A DNA stretch of 64,000 nt from Gammaproteobacteria bacterium (GCA_965238225.1 OZ250183.1:480001-544000), one strand, 5' to 3'; numbered from the stretch's first letter, positions 10,773 to 21,906 are shown. Numbers and translations are program-made. Notes: a model not told the origin generated them from the sequence alone.

Positions 10773-12863
10773 TTATTTACTTTTTGTTTCTTCTCGTTCT
10801 TTTGCTTCAGCAATCACCTCTTCAGCAATATTTTTCGGGCAAGGCATATAATGCAAGAATTCCATAGAAAACTGCCCTCGGCCTGATGTTAATGTACGCA
10901 GAGTACCAATATAACCAAACATTTCGCTTAGTGGACATTCTGCCTTGATGCGTATGCCTGTTGAGCCTGCATCCTGAGATTTAATCATGCCGCGTCGACG
11001 ATTCAAATCGCCAATTACATCACCTACATGATCATCAGGCGTGAATACATCTACTTTCATAATCGGTTCCATCATTTGTGGACCTGCTTTAGGCATACTC
11101 TGTCTGTACGCAGCATTAGCCGCCAGTTCAAAAGCAACGGCTGAGGAGTCAACTGCATGGAAGGCACCGTCAATCAGTGTGACTTTAAAATCAAGACATG
11201 GGTAGCCAGCCAAAACACCTTTTTCCGTATTCTTTTTAAAGCCATTTTTAATTGCTGGCCAAAACTCCCGTGGAACATTGCCGCCTGTGACTTTGGATTC
11301 AAATTCAAAACCACTGCCCGGCTCGCCCGGTTCAATGATGTAATCAATTTTACCGTACTGACCCGAGCCGCCTGATTGTTTTTTATGGGTGTAACTATCT
11401 TCAACGTGTTTAGTGACAGTTTCACGGTAAGCTACCTGTGGTTTACCAATCGTGACATCAATACCATGTGTACGTTTAAGAATATCAACCTTAATCTCAA
11501 GGTGCAGTTCACCCATCCCCTTAAGGATAGTTTCGCCACTGTCTTCATCTGTTTCAACCATAAAAGAAGGATCTTCCCTGATCATTTTACTTAATGCGAT
11601 ACCTAGTTTTTCTGAAGCCGCTTTATCATCTGATGAACAAGCGATAGAAATCACCGGATCAGGAAAGATCATGGGTTCAAGTGTTGCAGGTTTATCAGGA
11701 TCGCATAGGGTATGCCCTGTTTGTACATTTTTCATACCGACGATCGCGATAATGTCACCTGCTTGGGCATTATCAAGTTCAATACGTTCATCAGCATGCA
11801 TTTCAACTAGGCGACCAATCCGTTCTGTTTTGCCTGTGAAAGTATTCAGCACGTTTGTTCCTTTGCCAAATTTTCCTGAGTAAATACGGACAAAGGTGAG
11901 TGCACCAAAACGGTCATCCATGATTTTGAATGCTAATGCACGTAATGGCTTGTCAGGGTCCGCGGTAGCAAATTTACCTGTTTCATTACCTTTCAGATCA
12001 ACTTCTGGCTGTGGTTTAACTTCGGTTGGATCGGGCAGGTAATCGACGGTCGCATCAAGGACTGGCTGTATACCCTTGTTTTTAAAAGCAGAACCACAGT
12101 AAGTTGGAAAGAAATCCAGTGAGATAGTGCCTCTACGGACACATGATTTAATCTCATCAATTGATAGTTCTTCTCCATTTAAGTATTTCTCCATGAGTGT
12201 GTCATCTTGTTCTACGGCGGTTTCAATTAATTTTTCACGCCATTTTTCAATTGTCTCTACCATATCCTCAGGCGGTTCTTCAATTTTATAATTGCTTGCA
12301 TTATCAGTGCCTTCCCATATCCATGCCTTGCGGGTTAGTAGATCGACAACACCAGAAAACTCATCTTCGATCCCAATAGGTAATACCATGACCAGAGGGT
12401 TTGCGCCGAGAATATCTTCGATTTGTTTTACTACACGATAAAAATCAGCACCGACACGATCAAGTTTATTGATAAAGATAATGCGGGAAACCTCAGATTC
12501 GTTTGCATAACGCCAGTTGGTTTCTGATTGTGGTTCAACACCACCAGAACCACAGAATACACCAATACCACCATCAAGCACTTTTAATGAACGATATACT
12601 TCAATTGTAAAATCAACGTGCCCTGGAGTATCGATAATATTCAGGCGATGACCATTCCATTCACAACTGGTCGCAGCAGACTGAATGGTGATTCCACGTT
12701 CCTGTTCCTGTTCCATGAAGTCAGTAGTAGCTTCGCCATCATGCACTTCGCCAGTCTTGTGAATCTTTCCAGTCAGTTTTAAAATACGTTCTGTGGTGGT
12801 TGTTTTGCCAGCATCTACATGGGCAAAGATACCTATGTTTCTATATTTGGATAAATCAGTCAT
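10773..12863 (-). CDS. fusA: Elongation factor G (stand-alone copy)
   Basis: [45 protein letters not shown]. Confidence 0.96.
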   Translation of the reverse strand: MTDLSKYRNIGIFAHVDAGKTTTTERILKLTGKIHKTGEVHDGEATTDFMEQEQERGITIQSAATSCEWNGHRLNIIDTPGHVDFTIEVYRSLKVLDGGIGVFCGSGGVEPQSETNWRYANESEVSRIIFINKLDRVGADFYRVVKQIEDILGANPLVMVLPIGIEDEFSGVVDLLTRKAWIWEGTDNASNYKIEEPPEDMVETIEKWREKLIETAVEQDDTLMEKYLNGEELSIDEIKSCVRRGTISLDFFPTYCGSAFKNKGIQPVLDATVDYLPDPTEVKPQPEVDLKGNETGKFATADPDKPLRALAFKIMDDRFGALTFVRIYSGKFGKGTNVLNTFTGKTERIGRLVEMHADERIELDNAQAGDIIAIVGMKNVQTGHTLCDPDKPATLEPMIFPDPVISIACSSDDKAASEKLGIALSKMIREDPSFMVETDEDSGETILKGMGELHLEIKVDILKRTHGIDVTIGKPQVAYRETVTKHVEDSYTHKKQSGGSGQYGKIDYIIEPGEPGSGFEFESKVTGGNVPREFWPAIKNGFKKNTEKGVLAGYPCLDFKVTLIDGAFHAVDSSAVAFELAANAAYRQSMPKAGPQMMEPIMKVDVFTPDDHVGDVIGDLNRRRGMIKSQDAGSTGIRIKAECPLSEMFGYIGTLRTLTSGRGQFSMEFLHYMPCPKNIAEEVIAEAKEREETKSK

Positions 12864-13311
12864 AAATTATTTACTCTATTCAGTTTCATTTTAATGAATC
12901 GATTAGCATCTTAAATGCATGTTATCAGCCAACTGTATTGCCTGACTGCATATTCGACTATTATCACTTAGAGATGCACCTGTTAAACACCATTCAAATA
13001 AGCACAGTACAGTTACCGTGCCAAAAGCGCGGAATTATAAACCAAAATAGTGGGTCAATACTACCTTATGCAGTACTTGTATACTTGTTGTTTATCATAG
13101 ACTTGCATAATTTGAGAGCGAGTATTTTTTGTCTCAAAGCCATTTACGGGTAAAATCTGCGCGCGTTGATGGTATATTTTGCATTGTTGAATTAATCAAT
13201 TTAACAGAAAGGTATAATTTGAGTAATGCACGATATTTCAAACCGTATAGCCGACATATCATTTGCAGTAGAAGCTACACTTAGAGTCAATGGTAAATGG
13301 GACGAAATCAG

Positions 13312-14610
13312 TCAAGATGACAAATGCGATACTATATTAACAATAGTTGTTGTTAATATTTTTAGATCTTTATTATTGATAATAAATGGCGGCATGAGAT
13401 AGATTAGCTTTCCAAATGGCCTAATCCAAACACCAGCATCGACAAGCAGTGGCTGCACAGCATTTATATCAAGTGGGTTATTGAGTTCCACTACACCAAT
13501 GGCACCTAATACGCGCACATCTGCAACATTACTCATTGATTGGCAAGGTCTAAGTCCTTTGTATAATTGCTTTTCTATTCTTGAAATTTCTGATTGCCAG
13601 GGAGAGGCCAATAGTAATTTCAGGCTGGTCAAAGCTGCAACACAAGCAAGAGGGTTAGCCATGAATGTTGGGCCGTGCATAAACACACCCGGGCAGCCTT
13701 GACTGATGGTATTGCTGACATCGCTGCTTGTGAGTGTTGCCGCCAGAGACATATAACCACCAGTGAGGGCTTTACCAACGCACATAATGTCAGGTGTGAC
13801 GTTGGCATGTTCTGCAGCAAATAATTTCCCAGTGCGGCCGAACCCAGTTGCTATTTCATCAAGTATCAACAATACATGATGTCGATAACAGAGTTCGCGG
13901 ACGCGATGCAGATATTCTGCAGAATAAAAACGCATACCACCTGCGCCTTGAACAATCGGCTCCATAATAACGGCAGCGATAGTATCTTTCTCAGTATCAA
14001 GCGTATGTTCAAATTCAGCAATGTCTTCATCACTACAAGCTTGGCCAAAGCGGCAGTTTGGAGAATCAACAAAATGCTGTTTTGTTAAGGTGTTGTTAAA
14101 GAGTGAATGTATTCCAGTAACAGGGTCACACACAGACATAGCGCCAAAGGTATCACCGTGGTAGCCTGCTCTGATGGTTAGAAAGAGTTGCTTATCAGGC
14201 TTTCTTTTTGCATACCAATATTGAATCGCCATTTTCATTGCTACTTCAACAGAGACAGAACCAGAATCTGTAAAGAAAACGGATTGTAATGTACGAGGTG
14301 TTAGAGCAACCAGTTTTGTGGCAAGTTCAACCGCAGGTTCATGTGTCAGTCCACCGAACATTATGTGAGACATTTTCTTTAATTGTTGTTCAAGCGCACG
14401 ATTCATTTCAGGGTGGTTATAACCATGAATAGCACACCACCAAGAAGACATACCGTCTATCAACTCCCGACCATCTGTTAACTTCAGTTTTACTCCATCT
14501 GCAGATGCCACTGGGTAAACAGACAGTCTTTCGTCCGCATCGCTAAACATGGCGCTGTATGGATGCCACACATGTGCCTTATCAAGTTTTAGCAGTGAGT
14601 CATTTGTCAT
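13312..14610 (-). CDS. bioA: Adenosylmethionine-8-amino-7-oxononanoate aminotransferase
   Basis: HVWHPY, DGMSSWW, YHGDTFGAMS, DEIATGFGRTG, GKALTGGY, HGPTFMANP; start placed at MTNDS. Confidence 0.96.
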   Translation of the reverse strand: MTNDSLLKLDKAHVWHPYSAMFSDADERLSVYPVASADGVKLKLTDGRELIDGMSSWWCAIHGYNHPEMNRALEQQLKKMSHIMFGGLTHEPAVELATKLVALTPRTLQSVFFTDSGSVSVEVAMKMAIQYWYAKRKPDKQLFLTIRAGYHGDTFGAMSVCDPVTGIHSLFNNTLTKQHFVDSPNCRFGQACSDEDIAEFEHTLDTEKDTIAAVIMEPIVQGAGGMRFYSAEYLHRVRELCYRHHVLLILDEIATGFGRTGKLFAAEHANVTPDIMCVGKALTGGYMSLAATLTSSDVSNTISQGCPGVFMHGPTFMANPLACVAALTSLKLLLASPWQSEISRIEKQLYKGLRPCQSMSNVADVRVLGAIGVVELNNPLDINAVQPLLVDAGVWIRPFGKLIYLMPPFIINNKDLKILTTTIVNIVSHLSS

Positions 14611-15135
14611 ATTTTTGACTGTTTGAGTTTGCAAAAACAATATCTACTTACCAGTATCAACGACTAAATAAAAGCCTCTCAAGGCACATTGTCGAAATGC
14701 CTTTTACAAATCGAGTAGTAAATTTCGTGTTCGCGACGAATGTATTGTTAGTAAAGAGCAGTATAGATTACCAGTTTTTTCAGAAGAGACCATAGATTGA
14801 TAAACACATAATATTGCATCGAAACAATCAAGCCAAGTATTTCAACAATTGTTATCCATAGGAATTATAATAATAATTATTTATGTTTATTATGATTTAA
14901 CTGCACCATTTTAGTCATTGTCAAGTTCAGATGATATTTTAGTGCCTATATGATCTGGCTTAATAGGTGGGAGTTATGCAGTAGGAAAGATTAGAATGGC
15001 AGGTTCATTAATCTTCGATGAAGTGTTACTACTATAACATGGATCAAGAATAGCGAAAAAGATGCCGAGCAAATTATTAATGAGGTATCCTTGTTGTCAA
15101 GTTCAGACAAACAAGAATATCTATTAGGCAAATTC

Positions 15136-15702
15136 ATGTCAGAAGAAATAAATAGTTCAAATCTCATTGAATTGATCTCTGGCAGACGTACGATTCATAA
15201 ATTTAAAGAAGGTCTGCGTCCCTATGAAAAACTAAAAGAAGCGATCGATCTCGCAAGGTGGGCGCCAAATCATCATTTAACTGAGCCTTGGCATTTTTAT
15301 TTGCTGGGAGATGAAACAGTGGATGCAGTCATCAAACTCAATTCTAAGATCGTTAGAGCATCAAAGGGAGATGCTGCTGCGACAGCAAAAGAGAGGCGTT
15401 GGAGGGGCATGCCTGGTTGGTTTGTGATGACCTGTTCTAAGTCAGGTGAACCCATAAGAGACAAAGAAGATTATGCAGCCTGCTGTTGTGCGGCACAAAA
15501 TTTGATGTTAACGCTATGGAATAAAGGTGTGGGCGTTAAATGGACAACAGGTGACATTATCCATGATAAACGTTTTTATGATCTGTTATGGATTGATCAA
15601 GAATTGGAAACCATAGTTGGCTTGTTCTGGTATGGTTATGCCCAAGAGGTTCCTAGGATGGCGCGTAAATCCTGCTTACAAATCACCACAGAACTGCCTT
15701 AG
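15136..15702 (+). CDS. Nitroreductase family protein (YdjA-like)
   Basis: RRTIHKF, ARWAPNHHLTEPWHF, AAQNLMLTLW..GVGVKWTTG. Confidence 0.85.
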   Translation: MSEEINSSNLIELISGRRTIHKFKEGLRPYEKLKEAIDLARWAPNHHLTEPWHFYLLGDETVDAVIKLNSKIVRASKGDAAATAKERRWRGMPGWFVMTCSKSGEPIRDKEDYAACCCAAQNLMLTLWNKGVGVKWTTGDIIHDKRFYDLLWIDQELETIVGLFWYGYAQEVPRMARKSCLQITTELP

Positions 15703-15756
15703 GAGGTGGTTTCCTGAATATTACTAATCTTGCAAGAACTTATTTAACGAATCATC

Positions 15757-16308
15757 ATGCTAACTGCCTTAAATACAGTCTTAAAAGCATTTTTTGATAT
15801 CTGTTTGTTGCGCAAGAGACCGCAAGACCTACCCAAGTCTACTGTGCTTCTGATTTCATGTTTCGTCATGTACACGGTCATTGGTATGTTGCTTACTATG
15901 CAGTCAGGGACATTTATCGTTGTTTTGATGGTGAGCCTTGTTGACGCAGGGTTTTTACTGACAGCGACCTTTTTAGTGCTTAGACAACATCGGCATATTG
16001 ATAGATGGCATCAAACGATGACAGCTTTATTTGGTACTGGCGCTATCTTAGGTATTTTTAGCCCTCCCGCTGGTTTTTGCTATAGCTCAAATTTTTGGGC
16101 TCAAAGCCAACATGAAGGTTGGTTGCAACCAATCACCGTATTATTTTTTCTTGCCATGGTTATTTGGAGTATTGTGATTTTTGCGCACATCATACGACAC
16201 GCAATTTCGACATCGATGGGTATTGGTGTAGTGATCGCCATTCTTTATACCTATTGCACGAACTCATTATTCATTGCCATGTTATTAGCGGAGATAAGCG
16301 TCCAGTGA
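15757..16308 (+). CDS. Hypothetical integral membrane protein
   Basis: About 5 hydrophobic segments; ICLLRKRPQDLPKS start; overlaps the start of mpl. Confidence 0.75.
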   Translation: MLTALNTVLKAFFDICLLRKRPQDLPKSTVLLISCFVMYTVIGMLLTMQSGTFIVVLMVSLVDAGFLLTATFLVLRQHRHIDRWHQTMTALFGTGAILGIFSPPAGFCYSSNFWAQSQHEGWLQPITVLFFLAMVIWSIVIFAHIIRHAISTSMGIGVVIAILYTYCTNSLFIAMLLAEISVQ

Positions 16309-17298
16309 AAATTCATATTTTAGGCATTTTCGGGACTTCCTATAGGGGCATTGCGTTGCTTACGAAGACTTTAGGCCATGAGGTCAGTGGGCAAGATGCC
16401 AATGTTTGCCCACCCATGAGCATTCAGTTAGAAGACCAAGTATCGAGCCCTGACAAACGCTCCAAGTTTGTCCATTAATTATCCTGACATTTTGGTTATC
16501 AACAATAATTGAATATGATCATGCTGATATATTCTCAGATATTGCAGCGATTAGACGCGAATTCCATCATATGGTAAGGATTGTCCCCGAAAATGGTCTG
16601 ATTATCGCCAAGCAAGGGGACACCCAGATTTCACAGGTTCTTGAGACAGGTTGCTGGACAGCTACTGAATAACTTTGGTGATGAGGAAGCGCAGTGGAAT
16701 GTATGTGCATTGTCTGATGACTTTAGCCAATTTAATGTGCTTTTTAACTTGGAAATCGTAGGTAAAATAAGTTGGGAATTAATTGGACAGTTCAATGTAG
16801 AAAATGCCCTTGCCGCTTGCAATCGTGTCAGCGTTCCTTCAGCTATATCTTGTGAGGCATTGCCATTATTTAAAAAAATTAAACGGCGTTTAGAGTGTCT
16901 GGCAAAAGTGAACCAAGTGACTGTTTACGATAATTTCGCGCATTATTCAACAGCAATCAGGGTAACTTTGAAAGCTTTACGGCAGTAAGGTTAAAGGACA
17001 GCGTATTATTGCTATCATGGAACCTCGTTCAAACACCATGAGACAAGGCGTGCATCAGGACATGCTTGCTGATGCTTTTTCCAAGGCAGACCACACGTTT
17101 TTATACGCAGCGGATAATGTAGAATGGGACTTACCTAAAGCAGTATCTTCTTTGGGCAAAAAGGTCATGGTTATAGATAGCATTGAAAATATTGTTAACG
17201 AAATTGCGAGTATTGCAAAAGCAGATGATCATATCCTGATCATGAGTAATGGCAATTTCTCTGGACTTCATGAAAAATTAATTGAGAAATTGGCATAA
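16305..17298 (+). pseudogene. mpl: Degraded murein peptide ligase (peptidoglycan recycling)
   Basis: Fragments in different frames: VKIHILGIFGT...GHEVSGQDANVCPPMSIQL; DKRSKFVH*; EYDHADIF...EFHHMVRIVP; KRRLE...DNFAH; MEPRSNTM...MSNGNFSGLHEKL. Large internal deletion plus stops and frameshifts. Confidence 0.92.
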
Positions 17299-17882
17299 TG
17301 ATAACCATTCCCTTGTTTCCTCTGAACACAGTTTTATTTCCAGGAGGACAATTACCACTGAAGATATTTGAGGCGCGTTATCTAGATATGGTCAGTGAAT
17401 GTTTGCGTACTGGACAGCAATTTGGCGTGTGTCTTTTAAGTTCTGGAAAAGAGGTGGGTGGTTCTGCTGAATGTTATGAAATAGGAACATTGGCAAAGAT
17501 TATAGATTGGGATAAGCGCAGCGATGGGTTGCTGGAAATAGTTGTAGAGGGTGAACAAAGATTTCGCTTGCTGGATAAAAGGGAACGACCCAATCATCTG
17601 GCAGAAGGCGACGTACAAATAATTGACGATGATGATTGCAAAGAATTACCCGCTGAACATCAATTACTTTCTGATTTATTACGCCAGATTGCCGAGAAAT
17701 TTGAGCTGTCATATCAAAAAGAACATAAAAAATATGATAATGCAGTATGGGTTGGTTACCGATTGTCTGAGGTCTTGCCTCTGGAGTCAAAAGAACGACA
17801 AGCGTTGCTCGAGATTGATGACGTGATCAATCGATTGCAACACATTCAAAATGCTATTGAGGATGTCACGACTGAGGAATAA
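17298..17882 (+). CDS. LON peptidase substrate-binding (N-terminal) domain protein
   Basis: IPLFPLNTVLFPGGQLPLKIFEARYLDMV; no AAA or protease domain. Confidence 0.9.
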   Translation: MITIPLFPLNTVLFPGGQLPLKIFEARYLDMVSECLRTGQQFGVCLLSSGKEVGGSAECYEIGTLAKIIDWDKRSDGLLEIVVEGEQRFRLLDKRERPNHLAEGDVQIIDDDDCKELPAEHQLLSDLLRQIAEKFELSYQKEHKKYDNAVWVGYRLSEVLPLESKERQALLEIDDVINRLQHIQNAIEDVTTEE

Positions 17883-18088
17883 ACTCAAATTGATTAAATC
17901 TAATTTAAATTTTTTATTATTCATATGAATGCAGTATCAGGTTCTTCGATAACAGCATTTTCCAAAATGTCAATATTTTCAATTTCAAATATGTACAATA
18001 GCCACCCAAAACAGTTTTATACACGTATATCTACGGATTAAATAGCTGCTAGAATGCGCTTGTCTAAGGAAGCGTGACAAAATAAATA

Positions 18089-18652
18089 ATGTTAAGAACT
18101 TACCCAAAAACAGATAATTTACCTGTGATCGTTATGGGTCTTTGCCCCCTGTTGCTGGTCACAACCTCGATACTCAATGCCATTTTTATGGGCAGTATTT
18201 TTTTAACAGTATTACTGTTAAGTGGCGTGGTTTTATCACCTATGAGGTATTTTGTTACCCCTGCCATGCGATTACCTATTATTCTATTGGTAACGGCTGG
18301 TTGCGCTACTTTAATTGATTTGTTATTAAGCGTTTTTTATTATAAATGGCATCTGACTCTAGGTATCTATATTCCCTTGTTGTCTATGAATTGTTTGATT
18401 CTTGTCAATGCAGAAGAAAATATACTGCGACATGGTCTGAGGGACGCAATGACACGAAGTTTGATGTTGGGTTTTAATATGATTGGGTTATTGTTTTTGG
18501 TAGGCTTGATCCGAGATACCATGTCTGGATCAATTTTTAATGGCAACGGACTCCTTATATTTGAAATGGTTCCAGGTGCTTTTCTGGCGCTTGGATTAAT
18601 CATAGCACTGTTTAATTATCTAAACACGAGTGTTGCAAAATTTTGCGACTAG
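18089..18652 (+). CDS. rsxE: Rnf/Rsx subunit E-like membrane protein
   Basis: MGLCPLL.VT, LGIYIPLLSMNC, PGAFLALG; upstream of nth as in rsxE-nth. Confidence 0.75.
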   Translation: MLRTYPKTDNLPVIVMGLCPLLLVTTSILNAIFMGSIFLTVLLLSGVVLSPMRYFVTPAMRLPIILLVTAGCATLIDLLLSVFYYKWHLTLGIYIPLLSMNCLILVNAEENILRHGLRDAMTRSLMLGFNMIGLLFLVGLIRDTMSGSIFNGNGLLIFEMVPGAFLALGLIIALFNYLNTSVAKFCD

Positions 18653-18701
18653 TGGTTGTGTATTTAAAACAGTAAAAACTTTAATTTAAGACAGTTTCAT
18701 T

Positions 18702-19334
18702 TTGAATAAAAATAAACGTACTCAAATATTTCAGCAATTAAAGGATCAAAATCCAGAACCAAGCACCGAATTAAAATACAAAAATCCATTCGAATTATTG
18801 ATTTCTGTGATCTTGTCTGCCAAAGCAACAGATGTAGGTGTGAATAAGGCAACAAAGAAATTATATCCTATTGCGAATACACCGGAAGCAATTTACGCTT
18901 TAGGTCTTGATGGACTCAAGACGTATATACGTACAATAGGCTTATACAACACCAAAGCCAAAAATATTATCAAGACATGTAAATTATTGATTGATGAATA
19001 TGATGCTCAGGTGCCTAAAGATAGAAAAGCTCTGCAACGATTACCAGGCGTTGGCCGAAAAACAGCAAATGTAATTCTGAATACAGCGTTTGGGCAGCCG
19101 ACCATCGCTGTAGATACGCATATTTTCAGGGTTTCAAATCGCACCGGAATCGCATCTGGAAAAGATGTTCGCGCGGTTGAAGATAAATTAATAAAATTTG
19201 TGCCTGATGAATATAAACAGAATGCGCATCATTGGCTAATTTTGCATGGACGATATACCTGTATCGCACGTAAACCAAGGTGTGGGAGTTGTATTATCTA
19301 TGAATTATGTGAGTTTAAACAAAAAACATGTTGA
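18702..19334 (+). CDS. nth: Endonuclease III
   Basis: LPGVGRKTANV, VDTHIFRV, C-terminal CxARKPRCxxCxxxxxC [4Fe-4S] motif. Confidence 0.97.
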   Translation: MNKNKRTQIFQQLKDQNPEPSTELKYKNPFELLISVILSAKATDVGVNKATKKLYPIANTPEAIYALGLDGLKTYIRTIGLYNTKAKNIIKTCKLLIDEYDAQVPKDRKALQRLPGVGRKTANVILNTAFGQPTIAVDTHIFRVSNRTGIASGKDVRAVEDKLIKFVPDEYKQNAHHWLILHGRYTCIARKPRCGSCIIYELCEFKQKTC

Positions 19335-19359
19335 AGCTATCTTATAAGGAAGTATTAGT

Positions 19360-19782
19360 TTGATTCAGGATCGTGATTCCGGGAGGGCGTTTTTTCTAGA
19401 GGTGTGGGGAAAGCATAATAAAAATTTTCCATTAGAAGCGCTTGAGAAAATGGTGTTAAACGTCGCCTTACAACACCCTGAATATCATGCAATACTTGAA
19501 AGAGATGAGAAGGAAATTTTCGAAATGGAATTTACACCGGAAATGGGCATGACAAATCCGTTTCTACATATGGGTATGCATATCGTAATTCAGGAGCAGA
19601 TAGCTGCAAATAGACCCTCAGGGATCGCAGAACTCTATAAGAGCTTATTGCTTAAATATCCATCTGCACACGATTTGGAACACAATATGATGGAATGTCT
19701 TGGTGAAATTTTGTTACTCGCCCAGCAAAATAATACCTTGCCAGATGAGGCGCAGTATCTAAGGCAGGTGCGGTGTCTTTAA
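19360..19782 (+). CDS. DUF1841 family protein
   Basis: HPEYH, TNPFLHMGMH..IQEQ, H..MECL. Confidence 0.85.
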   Translation: MIQDRDSGRAFFLEVWGKHNKNFPLEALEKMVLNVALQHPEYHAILERDEKEIFEMEFTPEMGMTNPFLHMGMHIVIQEQIAANRPSGIAELYKSLLLKYPSAHDLEHNMMECLGEILLLAQQNNTLPDEAQYLRQVRCL

Positions 19783-19979
19783 GTCGCTTTTCTCAGTGAT
19801 TTCTTAAAAGAAAAATTGAATGATGTGGCAGATCTGAGTAAAAAGAGATTTTTGGTAAAAAGATATTTAAGTCAGATTAAAGACCTTAGACCAAGAAACA
19901 GCAATTATGCAAAACATAAGAAAAAACATAAACGCCAATGAATTTTGAATTGGGGAGCTAGTATTAGAAAATTTGGTGT

Positions 19980-20666
19980 TTAGCCCGCAGTAAACTCCAT
20001 CTTAATTCCAGCTAATTCAATCAAATCACCATCCTTTAATTGATGGGTCTTTGTGCCAATTTCTTCGCCATTTACTACCGGGAAGCCACCTTTACTCTCA
20101 ACGTGAACAAGGAAGTATCCTTGTGGGCGTCTTGATATGACTGCTACCTGTGCTCCAGGTTTTCCAAGTGTAACCAATGCCTTGATAAGTTCTAGTTCTT
20201 TGCCTGCAATGGGACCACTTAAGACAGTCAAACGTCCCGCAGGCATCTTATTTTCTGCTTGCGGTGTTTGACCATAGGGTGCAGTAGCCACGCCAGCTTT
20301 CTCTGCAGCTGCAATTGCAGCATCGGCAGTGCTGGGTCTGACGATTACAGTCTTCTCATAATCATCATCATCAGAGGCATTTTCGTTAATGTATTTTAAT
20401 TCATGCTTACCTATGAGCATGATATCACCATCCTTAAGCGCATGTTTTTTAACGAGCTTCCCATTTACATAGGTACCATTAGTGCTACCAAGATCTTCTA
20501 GAAATGAATCATCAAGTATGGTGATAATCATCGAATGCTTACCACTGACTGCCAGATTATCAATCGTAATATCGCTTCCTGGTTTTCGTCCTATAGTAAT
20601 TTTCTCTTGATCCAACTCGAATTCACTTTGTATTGCACCATTTAAGCTCAGAACCAATTTTGCCAT
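19980..20666 (-). CDS. FHA domain protein (canonical N-terminal FHA plus degenerate C-terminal FHA-like domain)
   Basis: IGRKPGSDI..DNLAVSGKH, DLGSTNGT, LKDGD; second LKDGDLIEL repeat. Confidence 0.88.
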   Translation of the reverse strand: MAKLVLSLNGAIQSEFELDQEKITIGRKPGSDITIDNLAVSGKHSMIITILDDSFLEDLGSTNGTYVNGKLVKKHALKDGDIMLIGKHELKYINENASDDDDYEKTVIVRPSTADAAIAAAEKAGVATAPYGQTPQAENKMPAGRLTVLSGPIAGKELELIKALVTLGKPGAQVAVISRRPQGYFLVHVESKGGFPVVNGEEIGTKTHQLKDGDLIELAGIKMEFTAG

Positions 20667-20699
20667 AGTCCCATTTACCCTCTGCTAAAATTAATCACA

Positions 20700-21050
20700 T
20701 ATTTTAAGTAAGTTTTCTGAGCAGCCTTTAGCTTGCACACTGAACCATCCAGAAACTTGGATCGGAAATATTTAGTTAAGAATTAACTGGCATTATTGTC
20801 TTTCTTGGTATATTTCTACCATATACTTCTCGCCAGTCTATCCGCTTGGTGTGGAAGATTAACACTATATTTCCTTGGGGTTAAGTGAATTTCTTCATCT
20901 TTTACCCTATTCTATTGGCTCATTTAATATGAGCGCTAGGTGTAAGTATCTTCGACAGAAGCCTATTGCGAACAATACCGATACCGATACTTCAATCAAT
21001 TAGAATGCCAGACGACAAGCTTTTTGTGTATTTTTCAGACTTCTTCGCAA
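20700..21050 (-). pseudogene. Remnant of a PP2C-type Ser/Thr phosphatase C-terminus
   Basis: Manual minus-strand translation gives VKDEEIHLTPRKYSVNLPHQADRLA, then a KKDN-like segment (resembles GGxDNIS); directly upstream of the FHA gene. Boundaries approximate. Confidence 0.6.
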
Positions 21051-21289
21051 AGATACTTCAAAGAAAGGCCACGATAAGACATAAAAACCACACTTAAAGG
21101 CAGAGTTTATGGTAAAAATTGATGGCAAGGCGACTTCAGGAAATTATTTGTTGCAAGATTTAAGTAAGCACTTGCACAGAATCATATCCTTAGAGATAAG
21201 CACCATTACTTTTGTCAATAATTGGGATATTCTAGATGCTGTTTTTAAGGTGTTTTGGAAAAATCCCAAGCAATCTTAAATAAGGAGTA

Positions 21290-21613
21290 TTAGCGTTCTA
21301 ATAATTCAAGTTTATTGGGTTTGCCACGCCATTTTGCCTCATCTTCTGGGGGGTCTTTCATCTCATTGATGACTGGCCATTTTCTGGAAAGTTCAGCGTT
21401 TAACTCTATGAATTGCCGCATGTTTTCAGGCACATCGTCTTCAGAGGAGATTGCCTCTACCGGACACTCTGGCTCGCAGAGCGTACAGTCAATACATTCA
21501 TCTGGGTCAATAACCAGCATATTGGAACCCTCGCGGAAGCAATCTACTGGACAGACTTCTACACAGTCGGTCAATTTACATTTAATGCATTCTTCTGTGA
21601 CTACAAATGTCAT
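21290..21613 (-). CDS. fdxA: 7Fe-type ferredoxin
   Basis: [26 protein letters not shown]...[12 protein letters not shown]. Confidence 0.95.
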   Translation of the reverse strand: MTFVVTEECIKCKLTDCVEVCPVDCFREGSNMLVIDPDECIDCTLCEPECPVEAISSEDDVPENMRQFIELNAELSRKWPVINEMKDPPEDEAKWRGKPNKLELLER

Positions 21614-21878
21614 TTTGATATTACCTGTTTTTCATAGAAATAACGCGGGATTATACCTATTAAACAGGAAATGATAAATATGTAGTTGGCATAAAATGCG
21701 TGACAAAAATGGGGCTATATTAAGACAAATGGGACGATGCAGGGGAGAGTCAGTCCTTCTTTCACAAAAAAAGAAAGCGTTTATTCCTATCGACTTTGTG
21801 TCTTACATCTATAGGTCGCCAAGGTTTAATATCTTTAATTTATTCATTTTGTTAATATCAACGAATTCTATTTATTCT

Positions 21879-21906
21879 CTTGAAAAATAGATTTGCGCCC
21901 CCAGAT
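21879..21906 (+). promoter_or_regulatory. Sigma-32 (RpoH) heat-shock promoter of htpG
   Basis: CTTGAAA (21879-21885), 13-nt spacer, CCCCAGAT (21899-21906); near-consensus CTTGAAA-N13-15-CCCCATNT, upstream of htpG. Confidence 0.8.

Noticed and set aside
12938-13153. 71-aa ORF between fusA and bioA
   Set aside because: Non-ATG start, no recognisable motif or ribosome-binding site, and it lies in the fusA promoter region.
14611-14900. BirA operator upstream of bioA
   Set aside because: No TTGTAAACC-N-GGTTTACAA-like dyad was found.
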